64,000 nt of DNA from Eledone cirrhosa (lineage: Eukaryota), in NCBI GenBank assembly GCA_964016885.1, contig OZ024747.1, forward strand, positions 58,280,001 through 58,344,000. Direction: 5' to 3'. The position numbers were made by a program, and so were the translations under genes. The notes beneath the pieces were generated by a model. It saw only the letters and a list, made by a program, of their open reading frames with translations, was not told where the DNA came from and searched no databases. Numbering within the stretch: the first letter of the stretch is position 1; the number at the start of each line of letters is the position of its first letter. Positions 15,323 to 29,350 of this stretch are shown piece by piece.

Positions 15323-16393
15323 TAGTAATAATAATAAATTTGAAGACTAAAATCCAAACAGGGCTCGATAAGGATAAATATATATCAAATATGGATTTGT
15401 ACGTATGTAGGGTGTGTGTATATGTGTACTTCGTGTTTTGGTTGACGTTCGTCTCCGAACATATGTGCATTTACATGTAGGTATGTGTGTGCGCTTGTTA
15501 TATACGTATTTATTTATTTATATACGTTTATTTAATTATACGTATACACGCACACACACACACATATATCTCTCATCTAAGGCGGGTAAAATTCCCGAGA
15601 TCCATGGACGAGTTCTCTCCAGCGGTCTCTGTCCCTCATTATGTGTATTTGGTGTATACATTCGTATGCGTGCGGGTACAGGCGTTGCATGAGTTCTGTA
15701 TGTGCGTGCGGGTTTTTATTTTTTTGTGTACGTGCGTGTATATGTTTACCTATGGCGAGTGTTTTTGCGGTTGCTCGTGTATGTACGTATTTGGATGCGT
15801 GTATGTATTTATTTAATTTCAATTACCTTTGTATTTTATTTACTTTATTCTTAAATCTGAAGGCGAGAATCATTCGGTTTCCTAGTTAGAATTTTAGTCT
15901 ACGACTTCAGTTATACCATTTACGTGGTTCTGTCTTTGTGTGCAATTGTTCTCACGGTTCACATATGACGTGTTATCTTCGCTTTTTCCGTTCATTGCCA
16001 GAGAACCTCTCTATGAACCACCTATTAGAATATTAGTCTACGACTTCTTTTATACCATAAACGTGGTTCTGTCTTTGCGTGTAATTGTTTTTCACCGCTC
16101 CAAATAATGACGTATTATATTCCTTTTTTCCCGTTCTTTGCCAGAGAACGTTTCCACGAGCCAAAGTATCGTCTTCTTGTCTTCCTCCGGTTGCAACGTT
16201 TTTTGAAATATTCACTTCTGCGTTCACAGATTGACTTTGTTAGTTTCAGAAGATCCCGTTAAGGGTGAAAGCAGCGGTTCTTTGCCTAAACTTTAATCTC
16301 TTATTTTAATAAATATTTGCTCTACGGTTCATATATATTTGATATATCCTTATCGCGCCCTCTTTGGATTTTAGTCTTCAAATTTAATATTAT

Positions 16394-16398
<5 letters not shown>
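15323..16398 (+). mobile_element. Naiad-type PLE 3' UTR/terminal repeat with inverted 5' arm (15323-15392)
   Basis: Colinear with 56510-57603. 15323-15392 is the reverse complement of the 3' end. Internal ~138-bp tandem duplication at 15888-16160; (TA)n flanks. Confidence 0.8.
15578..15642 (-). mobile_element. RTE-like LINE extreme 3' end nested in the PLE repeat
   Basis: Reverse complement of 10508-10573 (IMRDRDRWRELVHGSREFY); absent from the 56.5-57.6 kb PLE copy. Confidence 0.9.
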
Positions 16399-16461
<63 letters not shown>

Positions 16462-16579
16462 AGGATTGGTGCTCTGAAATAGCGATTTATACATGAAAGT
16501 ATGTATAATGTATTTGGCAATTTGTATTTTGAAGATCTTGCGCTATCATTTGTAAAGTAGTGACTATGTCATTTATTTC

Positions 16580-16699
16580 TTTATTCTGCAAATGAAGGGA
16601 GAGAAGGTGACAGATTCTGTTTCACACTGTTGGTGATCCTTGTCGAAAATGATAGAGGCTGGATCCTTATAGAATTCCAGTAATAATCAGGAACTGATT
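16580..16699 (-). mobile_element. PLE-like terminal-repeat fragment, same family as 49915-50023
   Basis: Shared ctggat(c/t)cttatagaattccagtaataatcagga(a/g)ctgatt. The 49.9 kb copy has CTGACGA...GAAAC on the minus strand. Confidence 0.55.
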
Positions 16700-16739
16700 G
16701 TGTACGTTTATATATGTGTATAGATGTAGACAACAGAAG

Positions 16740-16828
<89 letters not shown>

Positions 16829-17910
16829 ATGTGAATATATTTATATATATATATATGTGAGTGTGTGTGTGAGTATGTGTGGAGGATGTATATATTCATG
16901 TGTGTATGTGCGTATGTGTATTCATTACTAATCAAGCTAATCTAACCTACTCACCCTAAATCTTCAGTAAACCATCGGTTTTATATTGTGAGCAACTATG
17001 AAAACAGTCAATGATATTCCAGCGTCAACCAAGCGTTTCTTTCAATTTATTTCCAATTATCTTTTCTAGAATTAATTAATTATTCTTTTGTGTAATCTTT
17101 CCTACAACTGACACCATGATAATGGCGACAAATGGTGGTCATAATGATGCTTATATCGATGATGCTGATGAATAGAGCGGTTGTGTATGGTCATAGTGAT
17201 TCTAATGTCGTTGATGTTGGTGGTGGTGGTGCTGTTTTTTTTTTCTGATAGTGATTTACTCTATAATGGTGTTCTCTTTTTTTGGTTGTAAATGATGGCT
17301 GTTGTGTTGTTGTCGTTGTTGTTGTTGCTGGTTTTTTTGTTGTTGTTGTTATTGTTGTTGTTGTAGTTGGTTTTGTGGCGGTGTTTTTTTTCTTGGTTGT
17401 AGTGGTGTCGTTGTTGTTCTTTGTGATGTTGATGTTGTTGTTGTTGTTGGTGGTAGTAGTGTTTGCTGCTATACTATTGTGCGGTTTTGTCGGTGTTGGT
17501 GGTAAGGTCGTTGATGCTTGTTCACTTGCGGTGGTTTTCTACATTGGGTGGGAATGATGACGTTTTTGTTCTTTGTGGTGTTGGTTTTGTTTTATGGTGT
17601 TATTGTTGCTGTTGGCATTGAGAATAATATCCACACACAAATTATTAACTGTGTGAAATTTAATAATCAATTGATTAGATTTTAGTAGTATCCATCAGAT
17701 ATGCAGAAAGCAAAATATAGTTTGGGTATATATATACAACTTCCGGCAGTAATCCTAAGCACACACATATGATTTGCAAAGATGTCCTACATTATAAATC
17801 GACTCCCATATCACGCTTTGATCACACGTCATCACCTCCAAATTGTAGTTAAACTGTTGAATCGAACTACTATATAGTCGAACTATTCTTGGGGTACCTA
17901 AGCGTTATAG

Positions 17911-18782
17911 ACATCTACTGAATGGCAACAGATGGATCTTCTGGCGATAGCTTGTGCTGCACAAAATAGCACATAATTCTCTTTGACAAAATGGCTTACA
18001 ATTGGAATGATGTACAGACTACAAACTAGCCTGGTATATAAAACTATGAGATGTTCAAAGTTAGAGAGGCTTTGGTAATAGACGTGAGATATTCGGGGAT
18101 GAGAGGAGTTAAATAAGAAGCCAAATAAGGTTGATTGGTGGAAAAAAAATAGGACAAGATTCATCTCTCCATGGGCGAAATAATTAATCATAGTTGGAGG
18201 ACTTATACAGACGCATTGATTAAAATCGCCTGCTGAAACCTTTTTAGCAGAGTCCAATTTTTTGGAAGTATTTGATCTAGTTCTCTGAATTGAGCATAAC
18301 TTCGACTCTCTCCTGCCGATTCGTTGGCTTTAGAAATCCAATACGTCCGTCTTATCCCTTCCCGACTAAACAGTATAAAATACGTATAGATAAATATCTG
18401 CTGTACATCAGGAATTGATTAACGTTTAAATCCTTACTTGTAGGTCAACAGTTTAAAATTACATAAACATATTGAAAGGTAAAGACGAATATAAGTGGGG
18501 TTTATGGCGCTATTAACTAATTTCCTTTTCATCAGTACTGCATTATATATCAGAAGAAGAGATTAGTGCTTTGGTATAGGAGGACAGTATAATTGTTCGA
18601 CATCAGAATTGTTTTAGTGATGAAACCCCTCTTATGTATTTGTATCTTTATTTATCACCTTACACTCTAAGTGTGCCAGGTCACATGGAAATCATGACTC
18701 CTGAATCGAGTCCTGCTGTGAAGTTCCTTTGCTTGTGCTCGTACTTATATCTTCTAATGTTTCTACTTGCTGCTAAAACAAG
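17911..18782 (+). pseudogene. Module C C-linker and CNBD exons (17911-18074, ~18251-18390, 18536-18782)
   Basis: LTIGMMYRLQTSLVYKTMRCSKL (compare CNG [24 protein letters not shown]); SNFLEVFDLVL* then, after a frameshift, LSPADSL (compare FSPGDYI); LHYISEEEISALV*EDSIIVRHQ..DETPLMY (compare MYxIxxGxVEV...GExxL). Confidence 0.6.
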
Positions 18783-20699
18783 GTTGTATTTATAAGAGAT
18801 GTAACTAAGTAAATATAGAAACATATTCTTACATGCCTGTAGCTTTGTATTTCAAAAAAACATTGAAGATAACAACTAAATTGAAGTAACCCCAAAGTAG
18901 ATTGAATACAATAACGCAACCAATATGTATTATACGGAGAGAATCCTTATACATCATATACTTTCATTTCTTTAATGCCGACATGATTTATTGAAGTGTA
19001 ATGCTTGCAAATACATCTGGCCAGAAGATCCAATAAATCGTATCTTGTAAATAGAGGGCTTCAAACTATATGCTAGGTTTTGACAATCCACTTGAAGCCC
19101 TACTTGTATCATTCCATATTTTGTTATGAAACGAATAGTCTTGAAAATGTTTGAAAGCAAGCAACCCTAAAACAGTAAATGCATAGAAACAAACCACTTC
19201 AAAGACAGTAAAATACCTAGAAATCAAAGAGCAAGAATAAGTAGACGTGTTTAGATAATTTGGCATTCCTGAAGTATGCAATTATACTTCATACACAAAT
19301 GAAGTAAACTATTCATGGTGTACATGTATGGTAATATTATAAGCAACGCATTTATTTGGTTATATGTTGGCACAATGGATGAACAATAACATCATTGGTT
19401 AGATTCCGTCTGCACTATAATTGTTTATAAAAAAAACAGACTACCCAAGCGTCTCGCGAGTATTGCTGTACGATTTATTGAAACATGGAGGAACTAATAA
19501 AAAAGATAGAGCATGTCAACGTTATACAAGTACAAATATCTTACATGATTGCGATCAAGTAGAGATCTCATGCATATAGAAGATGGATATGGTATGCGAA
19601 TACTAAATAAAGAGATAATTGCATAAATAAGAGGTAATGTTAAAAATAAAAATAGTGTTCGCTCTAACATAGCGGATACGTAAATGTTAGTTTTATATTA
19701 TCAAATACTAATAATGTTCGATTCATTTGCAAGCAAACAGCCTCAGTGAGCTTTGATTTTTAGATCCCCATTGCTATTATTATGTTCTAGCGCTGACAGA
19801 GAGAAACATTTGATAATATTGTTTCTAGGTTATTGACATTTGTCAGAAGAGAGATACACAATCTTGACAAAGGGAAATAACACAGAAATAATATTGTTGA
19901 TTGTTTCTCTGTCACCGCTAGAACAAAATGATGGCAATGGTCATTTAAAAAACGTAACGAAATGAGGCTTATTGCTGGCAAACGAATCGAATATTTTTAT
20001 TATTCGATATAAAAGTCACGAATACAAACAGGTAATTTATTTTAATTAAAGCATAAATATATTTTATATATAAGGGACTAATTATATTAATTATAGATGT
20101 TGAATACCTAGAATCAGGGGGTAATAAATGCCATAAATCCGAGGAAACTTCAAATGAAACAGTGAACACTATAACATTTATATTATTAAGGGTTTTGGGT
20201 AAACGGAGATTGCATACAGAAATATCTTGGTTAGTGGTTCCAAAGCTTTTCTTTAATTTAAAATCCTTCTATTTAACTGAATTTTCGCTTCGGACGTTTC
20301 CATTTCAATTCCCTACAGACACACACAACCACACACACACGCGCACGCGCACACATGCACCCATACACTCACTCACACACTCTCTCCCACACAACCATGG
20401 TTCTTATACGTCAAGAATAACAATTGAAAGATGTTAATACCTATTCTCGTCACAGAGTGGACAATCAACATGTACTTAAATGGGTTTTTTTTTCCAATGA
20501 ATACATGACCTTCTGAACTTAGCTCACATATCCCTGGCTGTGAGCTATTGTTTTATATCATCTACACAGTACATGCCTGAAATAAATGATGGAATAAAAT
20601 CTGAAGTAGAAGGCTTTAAATAATCAGATTTTACAACGGTTTTCTTACAGGAACATAGCTTTATTTTACAGCAAAACAAGTGGTGTCAGTTTGTACATG

Positions 20700-20999
20700 C
20701 TTCTTCTTCTTCTTCTTCTTCTTCTTCTTCTTCTTCTTCTTCTTCTTCTTCTTCTTCTTCTTCTTCTTCTTCTTCTTCTTCTACATATTCATGAGAGGGT
20801 CGTGGGGGCAGTGTCCACAAACACTTCTTCCGCGCGAGACCTGTCAGAAGCAACCGTCTCCAGTTGATCCGGTTGGATCCCCAAGCGATACCAGCCAAGC
20901 ACATGAATGTTATCCAATCATATTACTCGGAGTCTACCCCTTGGTCTCCTGCCAGCTGGCTTTGCCCGATTCTTTCCTGGTACATTCTAACCACTTGAC
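20700..20999 (-). mobile_element. RTE (Rex3/Expander-like) LINE 3' end with (GAA)n tail
   Basis: Minus strand GRRPRGRLRVI*LDNIHVLGWYRLGIQPDQLETVASDR, then LPPRPS after a frameshift; (CTT)n at 20700-20781. Confidence 0.8.
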
Positions 21000-21713
21000 C
21001 ATATTATCAGGGTTGTATATGTTCATTATGCAATAATTATATGGGCAAAATCGACTATATTGAATTAATTAGGCCACAAAATGTCGAAATTGTATTCATT
21101 GAGGAATATGCGTAAATATTATGAAATCGGATGCAACAACGAATAATATATCCCTAAGGTAACTTTAATGTCATAAGTGATGAGAAGACATGTACGAATG
21201 ACAATATTTCGGACTATTTATTTAATCTTTATACTCAATATTTACAATAATTATATGTATAGTAAGTTTCAATCGATTTCTACGACAATGGCTGTCGCCA
21301 ACTGTCCTGTTTCTGGCTATGAACATAACGCACATATAGGAAATATAGATATTAAAAATATAAGAGCTAAGGCATTACTTAATACTCAGGAAAAGCAACA
21401 TCTCGTCTAAGAACAATTACTTTATATACATTTCTGGGATAGCTATGTGAAAGCTGATTTTGGTGGAAGACATCTGGGAAACGGCTCATGTTAGCCGTAA
21501 GTGTAACAATGGTGTTTTGTCAGCATTCTATACGCGTGACATTTGGAGGTCTCTCCCTATTAAGGAATTATTTTGGTTTAATTTTTACATGTTTGTATAT
21601 TTCTATTTGTGTTATATACGTTTTTACACACAAAAACCTACACCTTATCATCTTGTGTTGTCTTTATTGTATACTTAATGTCAGGACTCTGTAGCTAATA
21701 ATTAAACTACTAC

Positions 21714-21765
<52 letters not shown>

Positions 21766-21776
21766 GTTATTATTAG

Positions 21777-22050
21777 GGAGGTGGTTTGGCAGTATCAGTA
21801 AAGTGTTAGACACCATCTTTTGCAGCATAGAGTTATGGCCCTTTACGTTCTGAGTTAAAATCCGCCGAGGTGGAGAATTGGCAGTATCGGTAGGGGGTCG
21901 GACGCCATGCTTTCCAGCATAGTTACGTCCCTTTACGGTCTGAGTTCAAATCCCGTCGAGGTTAACTTTGCCTTTCATCCTTACGGGGTGGATAAAAAAA
22001 AGTACCAGTAATTCACTGGATGTTTGCTGGCCTTGTGCCAAAAGTAGAAA
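21777..22050 (+). mobile_element. Two tandem Meta-domain SINEs (3'-truncated 21777-21870, full length 21870-22050)
   Basis: Two tRNA heads in series, with (TTA)n on both sides. Confidence 0.85.
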
Positions 22051-22073
22051 TTATTATTATTATTATTATTATT

Positions 22074-23560
22074 GTTCTTTGAGTCTCAGTCATTGATGTT
22101 ACTTAACTGGAAAGTTTGTTGAAATGAATATCAAGCCACTACCTGTAGCCTCAGATATTCAGGACGTATCGGAGGGTTCTTGCTGTTCCCAGCAACCATG
22201 CCTTTTGAAGTGTTTCAAAAAGCGGGACGGGGCCAATTTTCTTTAACCATCCTTGGAAACTCTTTGAGATAGTACCTAGTGCGCCTATGACAATCGGGAC
22301 CACTTTGACTTCATGGCAGTTCCAAATCCTGTTTACCTCCCACTTTAAGTCCTGGTATCGATTAATTTTCTCCCTCTCCCTCTCTTGCACGCTCGTGTCG
22401 AATGGGCAGGCCACATCCACAATGAGGCACGATCTTTTTTCCTTGTCTAAAACCACCAGGTCAGGTCTATTGTGTTCCATTTTCTTGTCTGTCTGTATCC
22501 TAAAATCCCACAGCACCTTCACCTGATCGTTTTCAATCACCGACACTGGCTTATGCACATACCACTTCTCATAATGTGGTAAATTGTTTACTTTGCATAG
22601 GTGCCAGTGGATCACCCTGCCCATCACATCATTTCTCCAGCCTTTATAGTGAGTCTGAGCTAGGTGTTTACACTCGGATACAATGTGAGCCACAATCTCC
22701 TCCCTCTCTCTCCACAGATCCTACAGAGTGGGCTAGCCTCCTCCTTGTAAATATAGTGTTTCAGCCACTTCGTTTTGAGGGCCTGCTCTTGCGCAGCCAT
22801 TAGCATTCCTTCTGTAGCCTTTTTAAGGTCTCCTCTTTTCAAACAGTTCCATGTCTGTGGATCTCTGAATTCAGTTTTCTCAAAGAACGTACTATGAAGG
22901 GATTTTTCATGAAGGTTGCTCTTTCTCCTTGTTATTTCCTCCTTGGACATCCCCTGTTCTATTGTCGTCTCCTTCAGTACAATTCTGAGCATTCGCTTCC
23001 TACTATCAGTCACGTATTTGTGTAGGTTGTTTTTCTCCATCTGAACACAGTCCTCTATGCTGATAAGACCTCTTCCACCTTCAGATCTCCTTAAGTAGAG
23101 TCTATCGACATCACTGCTCTTGTGGAACATGTTGTAGATAGTCAATAGCTTCCTAGTCTTCCTATCCATTTCTTTTTGTTCAGCAACATTCCATCTCAGA
23201 ATTCCTGCACTGTACCTAATAATAGACACGGCTCGGGAATTTACTGCAATTATGGCATTCCTACTGTTCAGATGTGATTTTAATACGCTCCTTACTCTCC
23301 GAATTTATTCAGATCTTATCAATTCCTTCATTGTTTTGTTCTTGATGTCATCAGCCTCCAGAACACCTAAATATTTGTATCCTTCTTCAGTGTCAATTTT
23401 CTATATCATCTCACCTGTTGGTACCTGGATTCCGTTGCTTCTGCTCAATTTACCCAACTTCATCACAAGGACTCCACACTTACTAATACCAAATTGCATA
23501 CATCTATATATCATTGCTGAACATATGGACAGTGTCAACAAGCACATCCAACACCTTCTC
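22074..23560 (-). mobile_element. 5'-truncated R4/Dong-clade non-LTR retrotransposon (RT end, CCHC finger, restriction-like endonuclease), frameshifted
   Basis: YKYLG, RLYLRRSEGGRGL, AAQEQAL, CRICGE..HIVSEC, LWDFRIQTD, NRPDLVV, IVDVACP, VVPIVIGALG; (TTA)n on both sides, consistent with Dong-type TAA targeting. Confidence 0.92.
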
Positions 23561-23784
23561 ATTATTATTATTATTATTGAATGCCATGGTTGACGGAGGC
23601 TCGAGTCTGTAAGGTATAGTAAATTTTAACCGCTATGACAATTGTAAATTGTTTAAAACTATAACCAAATTGTAGACAAAAACACCCTCCTCCTCGTGAG
23701 AGGGGTCTTTCTGCCCGTTATTTGACCCTTCGGGATTAAATAACCGCTTATTGGGGTGTATATTTATTTTAAACCCAAAAAAAC

Positions 23785-24153
23785 ATGGCTACAAAAAATA
23801 ATTTTCACAAGTCACTCCCACTCATTCCGTCTTCTTCTTCCTCAATCGTCACTACACCAGAGAGAAGATTGTCTCTCTCCCTCTCTTCTGTAAATGTGTC
23901 TCTCTCTCCCTCCCTTCTCTTTCGCAAGCGACGCCAGTAAAGAAAAATAGTTTCCAAAATCACGTTGCTCCACGACGACGACAACGACGAAAAAGGGGTG
24001 CGGTAAATACGAAAACCCATTTCATTCGTCTGACGTCATGAATAATAGCAGTAGCAGCCGTAATAACAACAGCAGCAGTGACAAGGAAATCAACAGTAGC
24101 AGCCGCAACAGCATCAGCAGCAGCATAAACAACAACAGCATTAGCAGCAACAG

Positions 24154-24185
<32 letters not shown>

Positions 24186-25901
24186 ACAACCACAGCAACA
24201 GCGGCGGCGGCAGTCGTACTACCAGCAGCAACAACAAAAGTAACAGCAGCTCTGACGACGACAACAACAACTCAAAGAAAAACCAATCTCGTTTGCAGGT
24301 ATCGCAATGAACCTGGAAACCATCCTTATAACAAATGAGGAATTACAGGAAGCAAAGAAGATAGTGACGAAAACTGGACACCGAGCAACCTGCAAGGCAG
24401 CCGAAACATTTTTCGAAACCCAACAACACTGTACGGTCACGTACCGTACAGTAAGCACAAAATCCCGTAGGGTTGAAAGGGCCACAGAGGCTCAAATACA
24501 AAAAGCCTTAGGGTCTGTGTGGCAGCGGAAAACGCATATCACCCGAGGCAAGAAATATGCCACCGTGGACGTGCTTTTTGCCACACCCCAGGAGGCAAAG
24601 GCTCAATCCTTAGTGACCTAATGAGCGAGGAAATGGTGTTGGTGACCTCCTACCTCGGACAAAAATTGTGAGGGTCAAAATGACCCCCCCCCCTGGATGG
24701 CCCCTTCTTAGCTGGCCGCGTCTGTCCTCGTCGGAATCGAGGACAAAACAACTGTACTGCAAGTATAGAAAAAAGTACGAGAAGATTGGGTCGGCATCTC
24801 CATTGAGTGGTTAATCCAAACCAACCAGGAGAGCATCGAAACTATCCCGGATATGATAGACTTCGATAACAGCACTCAACTGCCCATAAGTGTTGAGAAC
24901 AAACGCCCGAAATGCTTTCGCTGTGGATCGAAGACTCACCTCATGGCCTTCTGCAATGAGAACACCCTCAGAAAGGAGAAATCCCCCCTCCTTCCGAAAC
25001 CGGCTCCTCTGCTACCAGCAACAGGACAGGCGGCAACCAGCAAGGATAGGTCCGTGTCACCCATACCCACGCCACGGAAATCAAGAACAGCAGCAGCAGT
25101 GGAATTATTAACAACAACAACTGCAATACCAACTGCAGCTGCAACAGAGACTCCACTGCAAACATCACCAACAATAACAAGTGAAACAGTGGAGCTGGTA
25201 CCCTTCCCCGACCTTACAGAATCGGACATGGAGTGTGAGGTGGGAGAGGGATGGCAAAAGGTCGCAAGAAGGCACAAACGAAGAAGCAGCGCATCGTCGC
25301 CTTCGAAAAGGGAGGAAAGAAACGAAAAAAGGGTAAAGGCTACTGCAAAAAGATTTACAGCAGCAACACCACAAACACCATCACCACCCACACTAGCACC
25401 ACCATCACCACTGACGGCAACCCCACCGCTAACAACAACAACACCTTCAACACCACCACCACAAGCACCAACATTCGCAAACACAACAAAACACACACAC
25501 CCAGCAACAACAACAACAACATAGCAGAACCAGACCCCACCCCCATAAAAAAAAAATGCAAAGCAATAAATACACATAACAAGAAATTAATGACTTACAT
25601 AATTGAACACACAGACATTTCACAGCACGACTACATAATACCAGCACTAATCAAAACACCAACGAACATAAGACTGGTAAAAAAAGCACAGAAACAATAC
25701 ACAAACATTAAAACGAAATTCCCCAACACAGTTGGTGATTTCAGAGACGTAGGAGGGACACTCAACCGGAGGGTATATTCAGATATACTCACAGAAGAGC
25801 CGACGACCAGCCCAAGAGGCCATTCAACGGTCCCTTCACCAGACTATCAAGTGAAAAGGGATGGTGAAACCATCCTTCCTCTGCGAGAAGAAGTAAGGTA
25901 A
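23785..25901 (+). pseudogene. LINE ORF1 (gag-like), disrupted
   Basis: CCHC knuckle CFRCGSKTHLMAFC, GWQKVARRHKRR, and (CAA/CAG)-rich low-complexity tracts; stops and frameshifts. Confidence 0.75.
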
Positions 25902-25935
25902 GTGGTCTTTCCCATCTTTTCCACTCCATTTCAAA

Positions 25936-28900
25936 ATGACCTCACTCAGAATAGGCAGCATAAATGCGCGTGGCTTGGGATCGTCATGGAAGAAGGGCCA
26001 CCTGCTCAATGACCTCAGGTCACTAAACATAGATGTAGTGGCCATCAGCGAGACCAAAATATCCGAAGCACGGGCATTCGCACCGATCTTCGGCGGCTAC
26101 GATGTGAGAATATCTCCTAGCCGTCCTGGATCGGGGGGTGGAGTTGCTGTGCTTTTTCGGAGAGGTTTGGATCTCGCTATACGGGCCATCTTCCTGGACC
26201 CAGAAGTGGTGCTCGACGTGACCAGCGGAGACGGGCAACCTTTCAGGTTAGTGGCCGTCTATGCCCCGACAGGAGCAGGGCGGCCTGATTTCTTCCGGCG
26301 TCTGGAGACCTTTCTAGGAACATCTCGCTCTTTAGTGTTAGTGGGCCTTTGGAACGGGATCTTAGATGCACGCTGGGACTGTGTGGGATTAGCGGACAGG
26401 GGAGGAGGGTGCAAAATCCTCACCAACCTGCTCAGGCGTTTTGAACTGTCTGACAGGTACCGATTGGATTTCCCGAATGTGCCAATGTGGACTTGGACAA
26501 ATTTATCGGACCATCCAGATCATATCTAGATAGAGTATTTTGTAGGGAAATAGATAGGGCTATCATAAGCTGTCCACAATTCAAGATAGTCAGCTACACG
26601 GACCACAAATTCGTGATCTGTGTGGTTGACTTAGATAGGCTTCATAGACGAGGACCCGGCTACTGCAAGCTAAACGCGTCCTTACCAGCGCGCAAGGTCT
26701 ACAGAGACCGGATTAGCGAACTAGTTAAGCGAGGGTTGACGGGGCCATCGTCAACAACAAGTGGTGGTTTGCTCTGAAAAGAGCGATTAGAATAGAGTCC
26801 ATTAGGTTTAGTAAGGCTGCTGTAGCTATAGAGAAAAATAGAGCAGAAGGAGAACTAGTTAGAAAATTAGACGAGGCGCTTAGCAAAGGCATCGCGACCG
26901 ACGTACTTGCGGCGAAATTGGCCCATGACCAATTCTTCAATGCAAAGCACGAAGGCTGCGTTGTCAGAGCTAGGGTGCGTGCTCTCAGACACGAGGGGAC
27001 GAAAGCCGTTCAATGGGTCCGAATGGCGGAGGTGCGTCGTGGCAACAAAGCCACGATCCGGTCTTAGGTGGACCACCACGGGTGCATACTACTCGATCCC
27101 GGGCAAATGTGTGAAGCTTTTCAGCGACACTTCGCTCAACTGTTCGGGGGCAGCGGTGGGCCGGATCGAGGGATGGACTTTAGTGTCTACCTCGACGGAC
27201 TGCCGCGGCTCTCGGCCACTGAGGCGGAGTATTGCGAAAAGCCGATAACAGCCGCGGAAGTACGGGAGGCAATGACTGACTGCACAAGGGTTAAATCGCC
27301 TGGTTTGGATGGTCTGCCCTATGAACTTTACGTACAAATGCCAGATTTGTTCGGAGGCCTCTTGGCGGACGTCTACTACAACTGGCAACAGAACGGGAGA
27401 ATTCCCAGCTCTGCGAGCCGAGGAACAGTGGCGCTGCTGAGAAAGGATCCGAACAAGGGGGATAACATAGTTAATTTCAGGCCCATATCTCTGCTAAACA
27501 CAGATTTCAAGATTTTGGCCAAGGTGCTAGCAAAGAGGTTGGCGCCTGTCGTTGGTGGTCTGGTGGGAGAGGCGCAGACATGCGCCATTCCCGACAGATC
27601 CATCCACAACAAACTCCACCTCATGCAATACATCGTAGAGAGGGTAGCTAGGGAATATGGCACGGGTGGGACCTTGATCAATTGAGATCAGTCGAAAGCT
27701 TTCGATAGGGTTGACCATCGTTACCTAGCGGCAGTCCTGAGGGTGGCTGGCTTTGGGCCCATCTTCAGAGACTGGATCGCTGCCATGCACAGAGACATCT
27801 GCTCTGTGTTGAGAGTGATCGGTCACCTTTCGGAACCGTTCAACATCATGCGCTCGGTCCGCCAAGGATGTCCCCTCTCGTGCCTCTTGTACGTATTGAC
27901 TCTCCAGCCATTACTGCACACACTGGAGACGTTGAGGGGCGTCCGGCGCGAACTAGGATGCGGAAGATCCGTGTCAGCATATGCGGACGATGTCACCGTA
28001 GTGGTGTCGAACGCCAAACACATCGAAGCGATCGGCTCTACACTAAGAGAATACGAAGCGGTGACAGGAGCAATGATCAACCAGGAAAAGTCAATGGGCC
28101 TGCAGCTCGGCACCTGGAGAGGCAGGTCCATGCCGTCCAACAGCGTAGTCGGAAGCTGGAAGGACGGACCGGTTAAATTGCTAGGGGTCTGGTTCGGTCC
28201 GGACTTCCAGACGGACAAAAAAAATGGGACGAGGTGACGAGCAGATTGGCTTCTCTCACCCAGAAATGGGCGGAGATGAAGCTATCCCTGAAAGGTCGAG
28301 CGGAGGTGGCTAACGCGTACATCGCGTCTGTCATCTGCTACCGCCTGACCGTCGTACCTTGTCCTAAGCCCCGCCTGACTGCGCTGGAGCGTTTGCTCTT
28401 TCGCTTTTTGTGGAAGGGACGCGCTCCGATGGTCAGGCGGTCCATCTGTTGTCAACACCCGCTACGTGGAGGGCTGGTCATGCCGTGGCTGAAGATGAGC
28501 AGACACGCGCTCAGGCTACGACATCTCCACCTCTTCCTCGACGGTGATCATGTGTGGTCGCCGTTTGCTAGACACGTCTTTCCCCAGCATGTTTCCTTGA
28601 CGGAGCTGCAGTCCTGGGTCAAGCGAAGACCGAGAGGGAGCGCTTGAAGACTGGAATGTCTTCAGGCGCTCACAGCCCTCGACCAATCGGGCAATGTGAT
28701 CGGTGGAAACTCCACCTCGGCGTTCTATACAGGATTAGTGGGGGGGGGGGGGGCGACGACGTACTTGGGGAAACTCTAGGCGTCGACGAAAATCAACTAG
28801 CCAATCTCTTCGGCAGAATTTTCGGGCCGGGGTCTATGGACAACTTCCAGAAATCCCTGGCCTGGCAGTGCTACCGAGGAGCCTTGCCAGTTCGGGATAA

Positions 28901-29350
28901 ACTCTACAGGCATGGAGGTGCCGTCAGCCGGGCATGTCCGAGATGCGCGCAGGGCGACGAAACCGTCCTGCACGCACTCGTCCAGTGTCCGAGAATTGCT
29001 GACTTGTGGGTTTATGTCGAACACCTGCTGTCGCGTGTAGGATGGATCCGGCTATCATCTGAGTCCATCATGAGGATTGCCCCGCCCTCTTCCTTTAGCC
29101 GGGAAGGGCAGGCAGTTTTTATCTGTCTGGTGGCCATGGCGAAAGAGATAGTATAGTGGACACGTTTGAAAGGGCTGAAGACGGCACTTACCTCTTCGGT
29201 GATGCCCTGATTGACTTTTACAAATTTCATTTGAAAAGGAAAATCAGAGTAAATAGGGAAATGCTCTCTTCCCATCATTTTATTGAAAGATGGGTGAGAG
29301 AAGCAAGAATGGCCCGAGGGAATGGGCCTACTCTGAGTATGTATCTGTAA
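25936..29350 (+). pseudogene. LINE ORF2: APE endonuclease, reverse transcriptase and C-terminal zinc finger; frameshifted
   Basis: SINARGL, ISET, VYAP, SYLDR, TDHK; KSPGLDGLPYE, FRPISLLNTDFKILAK, AFDRV, VRQGCPLS, YADD (27980-27991); CPRC..ETVLHALVQC. Confidence 0.95.

Noticed and set aside
17282-17610. Hydrophobic or Cys-rich membrane-protein-like ORFs
   Set aside because: Degenerate (GTT)n repeat.
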